A DNA stretch of 64,000 nucleotides from an uncultured Bacilli bacterium (GCA_905235515.1 CAJOLV010000001.1:2170-66169); one strand, 5' to 3'. Shown: positions 29,468-39,974, counted from the first letter of the stretch. Numbers and translations are program-made. Notes: a model not told the origin generated them from the sequence alone.

Positions 29468-31888
29468 ATGATGTTTGATTACGAAAAAGAACACCTAGAA
29501 GCGTTATATCAATACTTACCAGAATGCACATTATTTCTTAAAAGAGATGATTCTTTTCCTTTAGAAAAACCTTGTTCTATTGCAGCTTATGGTTGTGGAG
29601 TGAGAAATACTGTAAAAGGTGGTTCTGGATCTGGAGAAGTCAATTCAAGATTCTTTGTTAATGTTGAAGACGGTTTATTAAACCGTGGTTTTACTATTAC
29701 TTCTAATGAATGGCTAGATAGTTATCAAGAAATTAGGCCAACGGGGCAAAAAAAGTGGCTTAAATTATTAAGAAAAGAAGCAAAAAAGGCTCACCGATTA
29801 GCGCCTGTTTATGGTATGGGCACAGTGAAACCTGAACCAGAATATGACTTACCTCTTAACTTTGATAGTGATGCTTGTATTTATGTTATTTCACGCATGA
29901 GTGGTGAAGGTGCGGATAGAAGATTAATCAAAGGTGATATGTTACTTACTGATTCAGAAGTGAGAGATATTTTATTACTCAATGAGAAATATCAAAAGTT
30001 TATGCTAATTATTAACGCTGGTGGATATATGGATTTGGCACCAGTATTAGAAGTAAGAAATATTCTCATCTTATCTCAATTAGGTGTTGAAACTGGTAAC
30101 GCTCTTGCGGATATCCTATTAGGAAAGATTAATCCAAGCGGTAAATTAACTGCCACATGGGCTAAATTAGAAGATTATCCATATCCATTAGATATTAATC
30201 CAGATGATACAGAATATTGTGATGGTAGTTATGTTGGCTATCGTTATTTTGATACATTTAATAAGGAACCATTATTCCCATTTGGTTTTGGCTTATCTTA
30301 TTCCGAATTTAAATTAGGTAATTATCTAGTCAGCAACAATAAAGAATCAATTAACATCAAGGTTGATGTAAAAAACATATCTAATTTCCCAGGCAAAGAA
30401 GTTGTTCAAGCTTATGTATCTATCCTTAGTGAAGACGATCAATTCATCAAACAAGAATTAATCGCTTTTAATAAAACTAGAGTTTTAGGCAAAAATGAAG
30501 TTCAAACATTAGAACTCAGCTTTAAGCTATCCACTTTAGCGAGATATGACACTATTAGAGGGGTCTATTTCCTTCCTAAAGGAAAATATCTTGTAAAGGT
30601 GGGTAATTGTTCTAGAAGCACAGAAAACGTCGCTCAAATTGTCTTAAATGAAGAAGCAGTGGTTAAATTAGGAAAGAATATTTTCTCTGATGTCAAAATT
30701 AATGAATTACATCAAGATATTCCTCAAGAGGAATTAGATACAGAATATGATGTTCCTACTATTAATTTAACTAAAGATGATTTCTCCTTATATATCCCAA
30801 CACCTCGTGTTGTAAAAATTCCTAAAGAATTAGAAGATTTAAATAATCATCAATTAGCATCATTAAATGTTGGATATCACAAAGAAAAAGTAGGCTTAAT
30901 GTCTTTTATAGGCGAAGCCAGTGATATCGCTCCTGGAGCGGCTGGACAAGCACCTCGTATTTATCAAGAATTGTTTAAAGATTCTATTGTCATGTCAGAT
31001 GGTCCTGCTGGATTAAGATTATGCCCACAATTTGTTTATGATAAGAAGGGTCATCCTCAAGAAGTAGTAGCGAACAAAATCTTAGTGCAAGCCCTCTCAT
31101 TTTTGCCTACTCCTTTATTTAAAATTGCGAAACTATTTGTCAAAGACAAAAAGATACCTAAAGGCACAGAAATACATTATCAATATTGCACCGCAATTCC
31201 GATTGGCACAGCGATTGCCCAAAGTTTTAATTTAGACTTTGCAAAATTCTGTGGAAATATTGTCGGAGATGAAATGGAGAGATTTAATATTGATCTATGG
31301 TTAGCCCCTGCTTTAAACATCCATAGACACATTAGATGTGGAAGGAATTTTGAATATTTTTCAGAAGACCCACTTTTAAGTGGTTTATTCGCTAGCGCTC
31401 TTACTAAAGGAGTACAAGCTCATAAAGGTAAAGGCGTTACTATTAAACATTATGCATGTAATAATCAAGAAACAAATAGAACAGTGAACAATTCTATTGT
31501 TAGTGAGAAAGCCTTAAGAGAAATATATTTGAGAGGATTTGAAATCTGCATTAATGAATCTAATCCGATGGCGGTCATGTCATCTTATAACATTATTAAT
31601 GGAATTCACTCATCTGATAATAGAAGACTTATCAGTGGTTTCTTATTCAAAGAGAATGGTTATCAAGGCTTTGTTATGACTGACTGGGTCATCAGTGGAA
31701 TGTATAATAAGAAGGATAAATATCACGCTCCAATTCCACATCTTGTTGCTAACTCTGGAACCTCTTTAATGATGCCTGGCAGAAATAGTGATGTGAAAAA
31801 TATTGAAAAAGAACTATCTCGTAACAAGGAACTTAAAGAAACAATCAAAAACAATATCGCAAGAATGTTTGAAGCTAGGAATCAATAA
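29468..31888 (+). CDS. GH3 beta-glucosidase, inverted domain order, cytoplasmic
   Basis: N-terminal VKGGSGSG/SGEGADR, YVGYRYFD, Fn3 domain; C-terminal DGPAGLR, GRNFEYFSEDP, KHYACN, VMTDW (nucleophile); no signal peptide. Confidence 0.92.
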   Translation: MMFDYEKEHLEALYQYLPECTLFLKRDDSFPLEKPCSIAAYGCGVRNTVKGGSGSGEVNSRFFVNVEDGLLNRGFTITSNEWLDSYQEIRPTGQKKWLKLLRKEAKKAHRLAPVYGMGTVKPEPEYDLPLNFDSDACIYVISRMSGEGADRRLIKGDMLLTDSEVRDILLLNEKYQKFMLIINAGGYMDLAPVLEVRNILILSQLGVETGNALADILLGKINPSGKLTATWAKLEDYPYPLDINPDDTEYCDGSYVGYRYFDTFNKEPLFPFGFGLSYSEFKLGNYLVSNNKESINIKVDVKNISNFPGKEVVQAYVSILSEDDQFIKQELIAFNKTRVLGKNEVQTLELSFKLSTLARYDTIRGVYFLPKGKYLVKVGNCSRSTENVAQIVLNEEAVVKLGKNIFSDVKINELHQDIPQEELDTEYDVPTINLTKDDFSLYIPTPRVVKIPKELEDLNNHQLASLNVGYHKEKVGLMSFIGEASDIAPGAAGQAPRIYQELFKDSIVMSDGPAGLRLCPQFVYDKKGHPQEVVANKILVQALSFLPTPLFKIAKLFVKDKKIPKGTEIHYQYCTAIPIGTAIAQSFNLDFAKFCGNIVGDEMERFNIDLWLAPALNIHRHIRCGRNFEYFSEDPLLSGLFASALTKGVQAHKGKGVTIKHYACNNQETNRTVNNSIVSEKALREIYLRGFEICINESNPMAVMSSYNIINGIHSSDNRRLISGFLFKENGYQGFVMTDWVISGMYNKKDKYHAPIPHLVANSGTSLMMPGRNSDVKNIEKELSRNKELKETIKNNIARMFEARNQ

Positions 31889-32023
31889 GACTTTTAAAAA
31901 AGTAAATTAAATAAAGATACTATGTTGTATTTTATTTATATTTACGTGATTAGGTATTAAGAAAACCACTTAATACACCCTCGAGAGATTTATAATTATT
32001 TTATATAGTAGAGGTGTGATTTT

Positions 32024-32152
32024 ATGCCAAATGATGTCCGTGATTCAAACATGAAAAGAATTAATAATAGAGAGCCTGCTGATTGTTACACAATTAAAAG
32101 TGATAAAAAAGTAGAAGAACATGCAGCAGAATTAGAAAACAAGGGGGAATAG
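32024..32152 (+). CDS. Putative 42 aa small protein
   Basis: GAGGTG RBS, then MPNDVRDSNMKRINNREPADCYTIKSDKKVEEHAAELENKGE*; stop 2 nt before the upp ATG. Not in the track. Confidence 0.45.
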   Translation: MPNDVRDSNMKRINNREPADCYTIKSDKKVEEHAAELENKGE

Positions 32153-32154
32153 TT

Positions 32155-32811
32155 ATGGGAGAAATTGATATTACCAAATATAAGAATGCAATTCTTTTAA
32201 AGCATCCTTTAATTACACACAAAATTACTCAATTAAGAGATAAACAAACTAAAACAAACCAATTCCGTCTCATGGTCAAAGAAGTTGCTATCCTAGAAGG
32301 ATATGAAGCTTTAAGAAATCTTCCAATGTATAATGTGGAGATTGAAACACCTATTGAAAAAACAGTGCAGCCAGTTGTTAACCGTAAAAGACTATGCTTT
32401 GTTCCTATTTTAAGAGCGGGCTTAGGTATGGCTGATGGTATGGCAGAATTAGTGCCAGGCGCAAGTTTTGGTCATATTGGTTTATATCGTGATGAAGTCA
32501 CACATTTACCAATTGAATATTATTGTAAGTTGCCAGGTAACATTGATGAAAAAGAAGTCTATGTTATTGACCCAATGCTCGCGACAGGTGGCTCCGCGAT
32601 TGGTGCGGTTGAAATACTTAAAAAGCATGGCGCTAGACAAATATCCTTTATTTGTATCATTGCCGCTCCAGAAGGTGTTAAAGCATTCTGTGAAAAATAT
32701 CCAGAGATTCCGCTTTATATCGGTGCTCTAGATAGAGGCTTAAATGATAGAGCCTATATCTGCCCAGGCCTTGGTGATTGTGGTGACCGTGTCTTTGGCA
32801 CAAATAAATAA
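32155..32811 (+). CDS. upp: Uracil phosphoribosyltransferase
   Basis: HPLITHK, VPILRAG, GHIGLYRDE, DPMLATGGS, YICPGLGDCGDRVFGT. Confidence 0.97.
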   Translation: MGEIDITKYKNAILLKHPLITHKITQLRDKQTKTNQFRLMVKEVAILEGYEALRNLPMYNVEIETPIEKTVQPVVNRKRLCFVPILRAGLGMADGMAELVPGASFGHIGLYRDEVTHLPIEYYCKLPGNIDEKEVYVIDPMLATGGSAIGAVEILKKHGARQISFICIIAAPEGVKAFCEKYPEIPLYIGALDRGLNDRAYICPGLGDCGDRVFGTNK

Positions 32812-32833
32812 TTAATTGATAATAAAAATAAAT

Positions 32834-32874
32834 GGGGCTATTAAGTAACCTATATGGTGACTCTGCCCCTTTTT
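32834..32874 (+). terminator. Terminator after upp
   Basis: GGGGC/GCCCC outer stem, GTAACC/GGTGAC inner stem, TTTTT. Confidence 0.6.
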
Positions 32875-32876
32875 AA

Positions 32877-33130
32877 GTAGATGTCGGAGTTGTGACTATA
32901 AAAGTCAATAGCGGTAGAAAAGATAATATATATGTTGATAAAGATACTGAATGTGACTTTGTTGCTAATAAAGGAAACGAACATATTATGTTCAAGTTTC
33001 ACTAAAAATTGATTCTCAAGAAAAAAAGACCAAGAATATGAATCCATTAGAAATATTCCTGATTCATTCAAAAAAGTAATTGTAGTAAAAGAAAAAAACA
33101 CTCCTTTCCTGATAATTAGGTTTGGAGTGT
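32877..33130 (+). pseudogene. Frameshifted C-terminal remnant of an AAA_14/DUF4143 ATP-binding protein
   Basis: VDVGVV...ECDFVANKGNE, then after a shift YVQVSLKIDSQEKKDQEYESIRNIPDSFKKVIVVKE; no start or N-terminal part. Confidence 0.7.
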
Positions 33131-33142
33131 TTTTAGATATTT

Positions 33143-34336
33143 TTAGTCTTGAGAATAGTTAGTGAAGTAACCTTGAACTAACACAACAGGAGTGCCTTTA
33201 TCACCAGAGCCAGAAGTGAGGTCACAAAGGGAACCGATGAGATCTGTTAATTGACGAGGAGTTGTGCCTTCTGACGCCATTTTCCCCACTAAATCCCCTT
33301 CCTTTTCTTTAATTTTCTCTTTAATGGCTTGTTTTAATTCTTCACCTTTGAGGTCTTTAAATTCATTATCAGCGAGGAATTTTAATTTTAATTCATTAGG
33401 TGTTCCCTTGAGCCCAGAAGTATAGAATGGAGAGACGACTGGATCGGCTAATTCCCAGATCTTGCCTTGTGGATCTTTAAACGCTCCATCACCATAAACC
33501 ATAACTTCAAGTTTCTTACCCGTTCTCTTTAATATCTCAGCTTGAATTTGTTCTACTAAATCTTGTCCCGCTCTTGGGAATAGTTTAACGGTTTCTTCAG
33601 TGGCTTTGTTACTGCCTAATAATCCATATTTTTCATTGCAGCCAGAACCATCAACTGGGGCGTTAAGAATATCATCTAAACCTAAGACAATTTTCGCGCC
33701 TTTTTCTTTTAAGACTCTCTTTGTTCTTGCTCTTGTGTGAATATCACAAGTTAAGACTTTATCTGTGTAATCCAAAATAGCTTTTGATTGATTGGCAAAG
33801 ATGACTTCAACATCACAATTCTCTGATTTGATTAAATCAACATAGTAGTCGATGTAATCAACGCCGGTGAATTCATGAACTTTTTTACCAAATAATTTTC
33901 TATATTTTTTTAAAGAAAGAACGTCAGAATATGGATTAACACCTTTTTCATCTAATTCATCGTATGTTAATAAAGCATTGCCAACTTCATCAGATGGATA
34001 AGAGAGCATTAAGACAATTTTGTCTGCTCCTCTTGCAAAACCTTTTAACAAAATAGCAAATCTATTTCTTGATAGGATTGGAAAGATAACACCAATGGTG
34101 CCTCCACCAAATTTGTTTCTAATATCTTTGGCAATATTATCAACACTAGCGTAGTTGCCTTGAGTTCTGGCAACAACCGATTCTGTGATAGCAATTACAT
34201 CTCTATCATGTAATGGAAATGGCTCACCCTTACTGGCCTCAAGAACGCTATCTACGACGATTTTAGCAAGGTCGTCACCTTGTTTGACAATTGGTAATCT
34301 AATACCACGACTTGTTGTACCAACAAATTTTGACAT
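33143..34336 (-). CDS. Coenzyme F420-0:L-glutamate ligase (CofE/DUF129)-like protein
   Basis: RGIRLPIVKQGDDL, DVIAITESVVARTQG, DLTSGSGDKGTPVVLVQGY. Confidence 0.85.
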   Translation of the reverse strand: MSKFVGTTSRGIRLPIVKQGDDLAKIVVDSVLEASKGEPFPLHDRDVIAITESVVARTQGNYASVDNIAKDIRNKFGGGTIGVIFPILSRNRFAILLKGFARGADKIVLMLSYPSDEVGNALLTYDELDEKGVNPYSDVLSLKKYRKLFGKKVHEFTGVDYIDYYVDLIKSENCDVEVIFANQSKAILDYTDKVLTCDIHTRARTKRVLKEKGAKIVLGLDDILNAPVDGSGCNEKYGLLGSNKATEETVKLFPRAGQDLVEQIQAEILKRTGKKLEVMVYGDGAFKDPQGKIWELADPVVSPFYTSGLKGTPNELKLKFLADNEFKDLKGEELKQAIKEKIKEKEGDLVGKMASEGTTPRQLTDLIGSLCDLTSGSGDKGTPVVLVQGYFTNYSQD

Positions 34337-34339
34337 AAC

Positions 34340-35755
34340 TTATTGCTCCTTTTTAATAATGTTACGTGCAATATAGACACCACAAGCAGATGCTTGTGCT
34401 AGTCCCCTGGTTAATCCTGCGCCATCACCGGCGACAAATAAATGTTCAATACCATCAACTTCTAGTTCATTAGACATTTTTGGATGGGCACTATAATATT
34501 TGGCTTCAACGCCATATAACAATGTATGTTCAGTAGCGATACCAGGAGTGATTTTGTCTAATACTTCAATCATTTCGATAATTGATCTCATAGTTTTAAG
34601 TGGTAACGCTAATGCTAAATCACCAGGAACAGCCTCTTTTAAGGTAGGTCTTACAAAACCTTCTTCAATTCTCTTTGGTGTTGATCTTCTACTTAATTTA
34701 ATGTCACCAAATTTTTGAACAATAACAGAACCACAAGCTAATTGATTAGCTAAAGATGAAACTTTTAAAGCATATTCATTTGGTTTATTAAATGGTTCAT
34801 CAAAGTGGTGGGACACTAATAAAGCAAAGTTTGTATTTGGTGAAGATAATTTTGAATCATTATAAGAGTGGCCATTAACATTCATCACACCTTCATAATT
34901 CTCCACGACAACATGGCCGCCTGGGTTATTACAGAATGTTCTTACTGTAGAACCAATGCTGGTTTTATAAATAAACTTACCTTCATATAGATTTTCATTA
35001 ATTTCTTCCATTACGATATTTGGACATTCAACACGAACACCAATATCGACTTGTGTTTGGTTCATTGGAATCTTATGTTTTTCAAATAGTTCATTTAACC
35101 ATTTGCTGCCTTCTCTACCAACACCTAACACAACATAGTCACCTTCAATTTGTTCATCGTTATCTAAAACAACACCACAAACTTTATTATTTTTGACAAC
35201 AATGTCTTTTACTAATGTGCCAAATTTAAAATCAACATTATCTTTCATTGATTCATAAATCTTGGTGAGAATTTTAATATTCTCTTCTGTGCCTAAATGT
35301 CTAACTTTACTACGTAATAGTTTGACACCAACACTCATCGCGCGACGTTCAATCTCTCTCACCTTTGGAGTGGTTGGGTCAGTTAAAACTGGAGTAGCCC
35401 CAAAAGATAAATTAATATCATCAACATATTTAATTAATTCCATTAAGGAATCTGGATCCATATAGTCAGTTAACCAACCACCAAATTCAGTGGTGATGTT
35501 AAATTTACCATCAGAATAAGCGCCCGCACCTCCAAAGCCACTAGTAATGGAACAAGCTGGGTAACATTCTCTATATCCTTTTTGATTAATAGGACATTTA
35601 TCTAATTTATGTTCTAATACTGGGCACTTTCTATCGTAGATGCTTCTACCTCTATCGAGCAAAAGAATTTTAAAATCTGGTTTTTTGCTAGCGAGCTCAT
35701 ATGCACACATGTATCCACTAGGACCAGCGCCAACAATGATTACATTATATTTCAT
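34340..35755 (-). CDS. FAD-dependent oxidoreductase (uncharacterised FAD dehydrogenase family)
   Basis: VGAGPSG, GFGGAGAYSDGK, RHLGTE, VDIGVRVE, RTFCNNP, VNGHS, AGDGAGLTRGL. Confidence 0.9.
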   Translation of the reverse strand: MKYNVIIVGAGPSGYMCAYELASKKPDFKILLLDRGRSIYDRKCPVLEHKLDKCPINQKGYRECYPACSITSGFGGAGAYSDGKFNITTEFGGWLTDYMDPDSLMELIKYVDDINLSFGATPVLTDPTTPKVREIERRAMSVGVKLLRSKVRHLGTEENIKILTKIYESMKDNVDFKFGTLVKDIVVKNNKVCGVVLDNDEQIEGDYVVLGVGREGSKWLNELFEKHKIPMNQTQVDIGVRVECPNIVMEEINENLYEGKFIYKTSIGSTVRTFCNNPGGHVVVENYEGVMNVNGHSYNDSKLSSPNTNFALLVSHHFDEPFNKPNEYALKVSSLANQLACGSVIVQKFGDIKLSRRSTPKRIEEGFVRPTLKEAVPGDLALALPLKTMRSIIEMIEVLDKITPGIATEHTLLYGVEAKYYSAHPKMSNELEVDGIEHLFVAGDGAGLTRGLAQASACGVYIARNIIKKEQ

Positions 35756-35937
35756 AGAATTCCCTCCGAAAAACCACTAAAAAATTATATCATTTTGCCC
35801 CCTCTTAATCAGTATTTTTTTAATAAAAATTAATAGTAGGATATATAATTTATATATCATTTAAAATAATGCTAGTTTTTCGCACATTACACACGTAAAA
35901 TAGATTTAATAGGCGAGCGTATTTAAAGAAATACATT

Positions 35938-38604
35938 ATGGCAAAAGAAGAATTACAAAGATTTAACCCATCTATTGAAACAGGACTAGACGCATCCCAA
36001 ATCCAATATATGCAGGAGAACGGATGCACCAATAAAGCAAAAAATCCAACAAATAAATCTTATTTTGCCATAGTTTTTGGCAATATTTTCTCCCCTTTTA
36101 ATATTTTGATGTTCGTTATTGCGGGTCTATTGATTTTGATTGTTGGCCCTAAAGTTTTAACCAACTTAATGTTCTTAGGAATTATTGTTTCTAACATCTT
36201 AATTGGCACTATTCAAGAGTGTAAATCCAAACATACAATTGAAAAATTAAAATTATTATCAAACGATAAAACAACGGTTAGAAGAGCGGGAAAACAATTT
36301 GGTGTTTTTGCTCCTGAGGTTGTTTTAGATGATATTTTAGTTCTCTCTCCTGGCGATCAAATTCCTGCCGACTGTATTGCTATGGTCGATGATCAAATTG
36401 AAGTTAATGAAGCTTTATTAACTGGTGAGTCTTTACCTGTGAAAAAAACTAAAGGTGATGTTTTATTTGCTGGTTCGTTTATTGTATCTGGTGTTGCAAT
36501 CGCTAGAGCCGATAAAGTCGGTAACGATACATATATATCCTCTATTGAAAATAAAGCTAAATTAGCAAAGCGTCCTAAATCTAGATTGATGATTGCTATA
36601 TATAAATCTATTAATTTAATGGCAATTATCGCTATACCATTAGCGTTTATTGTTTTTATTAACGAATTTTTACAACTTGTTTTAAAAAATACAACTCTTC
36701 CTATTGCCCCATCTTATTGGGGAGAAGAGTCTGTTGTTACTAACGCAGTGTTCTTTGGTGGAACAACTATTACTTATATGATTCCTTGTGGTATGGCCTT
36801 ATTAGCATCTGTGGCAATGGCTACTGGTGTTGTTAAACTAGCTCAAAATAAGACTCTAGCTCAAGACTTATACTCTGTAGAATCGTTATCTAGAGTAAAC
36901 ACTCTTTGTTTAGATAAAACTGGTACATTAACCGATGGCACAATGGTGATGGAAGATTTCACTGTTTTAGATAATAGTGTTTCTGAAAAAGAAGTAGCCA
37001 CAATCATGTCATCCTATCTCTCTGCTTTTAAGAGTGTTAACCAAACTTCAACTGCGTTGATTAACAAGTTTGGTGCGTTAATTGATAAGGGTGAACTTAA
37101 TCCTCAAACCCAAACATCATATGCTTTATTAGGACAATTTAAAGACCATCCTCAATTAAAGATTATCGACACTATCGAGTTCTCTAGCTCGAGAAAGTTC
37201 TCTGGTGTGGAATTTAAAGAATTGGGTTGGTATGTATTAGGCGCACCTGAATTCTTAACTACTGATAAAGATGTTTTAGATAAAGTTGGAGAACTCGCTA
37301 AAAATGGTTTACGCGTTTTACTATTAGCGAAAGTTAATGGTGAATACAACAACAGAGAATTACCACCTGAAAACAAAAAGAATATCGCGATGTTTATCAT
37401 TAGAGACAACATTAGACCGGAAGTTAAAGACACAATGTCTTGGTTTAAAAATAACGACGTTGATATTAAAGTTATCTCTGGTGATAATATTGGAACAGTT
37501 TCATATATTGCTAAACAATGTGGTATTGAAAACTGGGATAAGACATTTGATATGTCCACTTTAAAACCAGAAGATGACCTTGATGAAATCGTTTTAAATA
37601 ACTCAATTTTTGGCAGAGTTACTCCAGATCAAAAAGCTGACATCATTGCGTGTTTAAAAAGACACGAACGTATTGTTGCAGTTACTGGCGATGGTTTAAA
37701 TGACCTACTAGCTTTCAAACAAGCTGACTGCTCAATTGCTCTTGCAAATGGTGCTGCTGCCACCAAAAACGTTGCAAATCTCATACTTTTAGATAGTAAT
37801 TTTGCAAATATGAAGGAAGCTGTCTTCCAAGGTAGACGTGTTGTTAATAACATTCAAAGATCTTCTTCCTTGTTTGTTATGAAAGACTTCTTATGGTTGT
37901 TTATCACCATCTTACCAATCTTATTAGGTATTCCTCATATGGCTCAACCAACAGTTATGACAATGGTTAATGTCTTCATTACCGGTATCGCCGCTCTATT
38001 TGTCTCATTAGAGCCAGATAAGACAAGAGTAAAAGGTAACTTCTATAGAAACGTTGTAGAAAAAGCAATTGTTAATGGTTTCTATATGTTTATACCTGTA
38101 TTCTTTATTACTCTATATGTCATCATCTCTCAATTAATTAAAACAGGAACATACAATGTCGATGGCATGGAAACCGTCTTTGAAAATGGTGAAATAGTGG
38201 GATTTGGCTGGTTACCAGTTATGGCGTTATGTATCACTATCGGAGGATTTGTTATCTTCTTTAATAACTGTAAGCCATTTACTAAATATAGAAAGATGTT
38301 ATATGCGATTACATTAGCAGTAGTATTACTCATTCTTTATCTCATTCCAGAATTCTTTATTATCAGTGGTTTAGAGATGCTAGAAGCAGTGGGAAACAGT
38401 TTAGTCAATATTCCAGTCTATATGATTAATCATATGGGCGCTAACGCGACATTTGCGCTATATCGCACGATGAACTTAGAACAAATTTTATTTGTTGTTG
38501 TATTCTTTATCGTTTCGATTCCACTTTATAAATTGAATAATAAATATTTCACTAAAGTAGTGGAAAAACTCCTCTTCTCAAAGAGAGAATTCTTAGACGA
38601 ATAA
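35938..38604 (+). CDS. P-type ATPase (CtpE-like), TM4 motif PCGM instead of PEGL
   Basis: LTGES, CLDKTGTLT, FSSSRK, VISGD, TGDGLND. Confidence 0.92.
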   Translation: MAKEELQRFNPSIETGLDASQIQYMQENGCTNKAKNPTNKSYFAIVFGNIFSPFNILMFVIAGLLILIVGPKVLTNLMFLGIIVSNILIGTIQECKSKHTIEKLKLLSNDKTTVRRAGKQFGVFAPEVVLDDILVLSPGDQIPADCIAMVDDQIEVNEALLTGESLPVKKTKGDVLFAGSFIVSGVAIARADKVGNDTYISSIENKAKLAKRPKSRLMIAIYKSINLMAIIAIPLAFIVFINEFLQLVLKNTTLPIAPSYWGEESVVTNAVFFGGTTITYMIPCGMALLASVAMATGVVKLAQNKTLAQDLYSVESLSRVNTLCLDKTGTLTDGTMVMEDFTVLDNSVSEKEVATIMSSYLSAFKSVNQTSTALINKFGALIDKGELNPQTQTSYALLGQFKDHPQLKIIDTIEFSSSRKFSGVEFKELGWYVLGAPEFLTTDKDVLDKVGELAKNGLRVLLLAKVNGEYNNRELPPENKKNIAMFIIRDNIRPEVKDTMSWFKNNDVDIKVISGDNIGTVSYIAKQCGIENWDKTFDMSTLKPEDDLDEIVLNNSIFGRVTPDQKADIIACLKRHERIVAVTGDGLNDLLAFKQADCSIALANGAAATKNVANLILLDSNFANMKEAVFQGRRVVNNIQRSSSLFVMKDFLWLFITILPILLGIPHMAQPTVMTMVNVFITGIAALFVSLEPDKTRVKGNFYRNVVEKAIVNGFYMFIPVFFITLYVIISQLIKTGTYNVDGMETVFENGEIVGFGWLPVMALCITIGGFVIFFNNCKPFTKYRKMLYAITLAVVLLILYLIPEFFIISGLEMLEAVGNSLVNIPVYMINHMGANATFALYRTMNLEQILFVVVFFIVSIPLYKLNNKYFTKVVEKLLFSKREFLDE

Positions 38605-38634
38605 AAAAGAACCACGGCGAATCGTGGTTCTTTA
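38603..38634. terminator. Bidirectional terminator
   Basis: AAAGAACCACGG/TCGTGGTTCTTT stem between convergent genes. Confidence 0.8.
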
Positions 38635-38647
38635 ACTTTATTACAAT

Positions 38648-39973
38648 TTATTTGCCGGAAACAGCAATGTTTTTAATTAATAATGATGGAGCGGCAACGC
38701 CATTTGGAGATGATTCTAAATCGCTACCAACTTCTAATACATCATTGAATAGTTGTAATAAATTGCCACCAACAGTGATGATATCTAATGGTCTATCGCG
38801 CTTACCGTTTTTAATTAAATAACCAGTTGATTGTAATGAGAAGTTACCACTTTGTGGATTCATACCAGCGTGTAAGCCAGAAACATCAGTGATATAGACA
38901 CCTTCACCAACTTCTTTAAATAATTCTTCTTGAGACTTCTTTCCTGGTTTTAAAACGCAATATGTGGATGATGTTCCCATCTTACCACCAGCACGATAAC
39001 CATTACCTGTTGACTTAACACCATCTTTAGCAGCGGTGGTTAAGTTATATAAGTATGTTTGTAAAACACCATTTTTGAAGATGGCTTTATTATAGGTAGC
39101 AACACCCTCATCATCAAACCATCTCGCAAAGACGTTTCTTTCAAGTGGTCTATCTTCGATAGTAATCTTTTTAGATAAGACTTTTTGACCTAATTTACCA
39201 ATAAATAAACTGGATTGTTTTTGCACTTCTTCAGCATCACAGTGACCGACTAAAAAGGAGAGCAATGATTTGACCACAGATGGTGCTAAAACGGCCTTAT
39301 AATTAGCGGTATTACATGGTTCACCACCTAATTGATCAACAGTGTCTTTACCAATTTTAGCGGCTAATTTATCGATATCTAATTTAGAGAAATCGTTATC
39401 GAAATAGTAATCATAACCAGATTTTGTTTGTTGACCTTCTCTAGCAACGACTTGGCCGATATAGGCATAGAAGTTACTTCTTTGAGCAAGTTTTAATCCC
39501 TTGGTGTTAATTAAAGTAATCTTACTTTCAGATTCTTCATATTCAACAGAGGCGACTTCCACAATTCTCTTATCAAAGGCTCTTAATTTAGTTTCTAATT
39601 CGTGGAGTTTTTCAATTTTAGTTTCAATGCTGACTTTGCCTAATTCAGGATTATAAGTATTAACTTTCTTATATTTTTCTGAACCTTCAAAGATAAACAT
39701 TGGATCTTCATTTTCAATGACCCCAGCGTTATTAACAATTTCTTTAACTAAGTATTGAGCTTTTTCTTTGTTCCAAACATCACATGATGCGGCACCAAAT
39801 TTGCCATTAATCATACCTCTAGCTAGAATGGTATAACCATTGTTATCACTATAATTATCAATTTCACCATGGAATAAGGAAATGCTTAAAGAACGGCTTT
39901 CTGCTAAATATAATTCAGCTTGTTCGATACCAGCTTCTTTAGCGAGTTTGAAAAATGAATCATATTTTCCCAT
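38648..39973 (-). CDS. pmbA: TldE/PmbA family protein
   Basis: FDDEGV, STGNG, GLHAGMNPQSGNFSL; lacks HExxxH, as expected for the non-catalytic subunit. Confidence 0.9.
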   Translation of the reverse strand: MGKYDSFFKLAKEAGIEQAELYLAESRSLSISLFHGEIDNYSDNNGYTILARGMINGKFGAASCDVWNKEKAQYLVKEIVNNAGVIENEDPMFIFEGSEKYKKVNTYNPELGKVSIETKIEKLHELETKLRAFDKRIVEVASVEYEESESKITLINTKGLKLAQRSNFYAYIGQVVAREGQQTKSGYDYYFDNDFSKLDIDKLAAKIGKDTVDQLGGEPCNTANYKAVLAPSVVKSLLSFLVGHCDAEEVQKQSSLFIGKLGQKVLSKKITIEDRPLERNVFARWFDDEGVATYNKAIFKNGVLQTYLYNLTTAAKDGVKSTGNGYRAGGKMGTSSTYCVLKPGKKSQEELFKEVGEGVYITDVSGLHAGMNPQSGNFSLQSTGYLIKNGKRDRPLDIITVGGNLLQLFNDVLEVGSDLESSPNGVAAPSLLIKNIAVSGK

Positions 39974-39974
39974 A

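Noticed and set aside
32850-33101. 83 aa minus-strand ORF in the track
   Set aside because: It is the shadow of a plus-strand DUF4143 pseudogene fragment.
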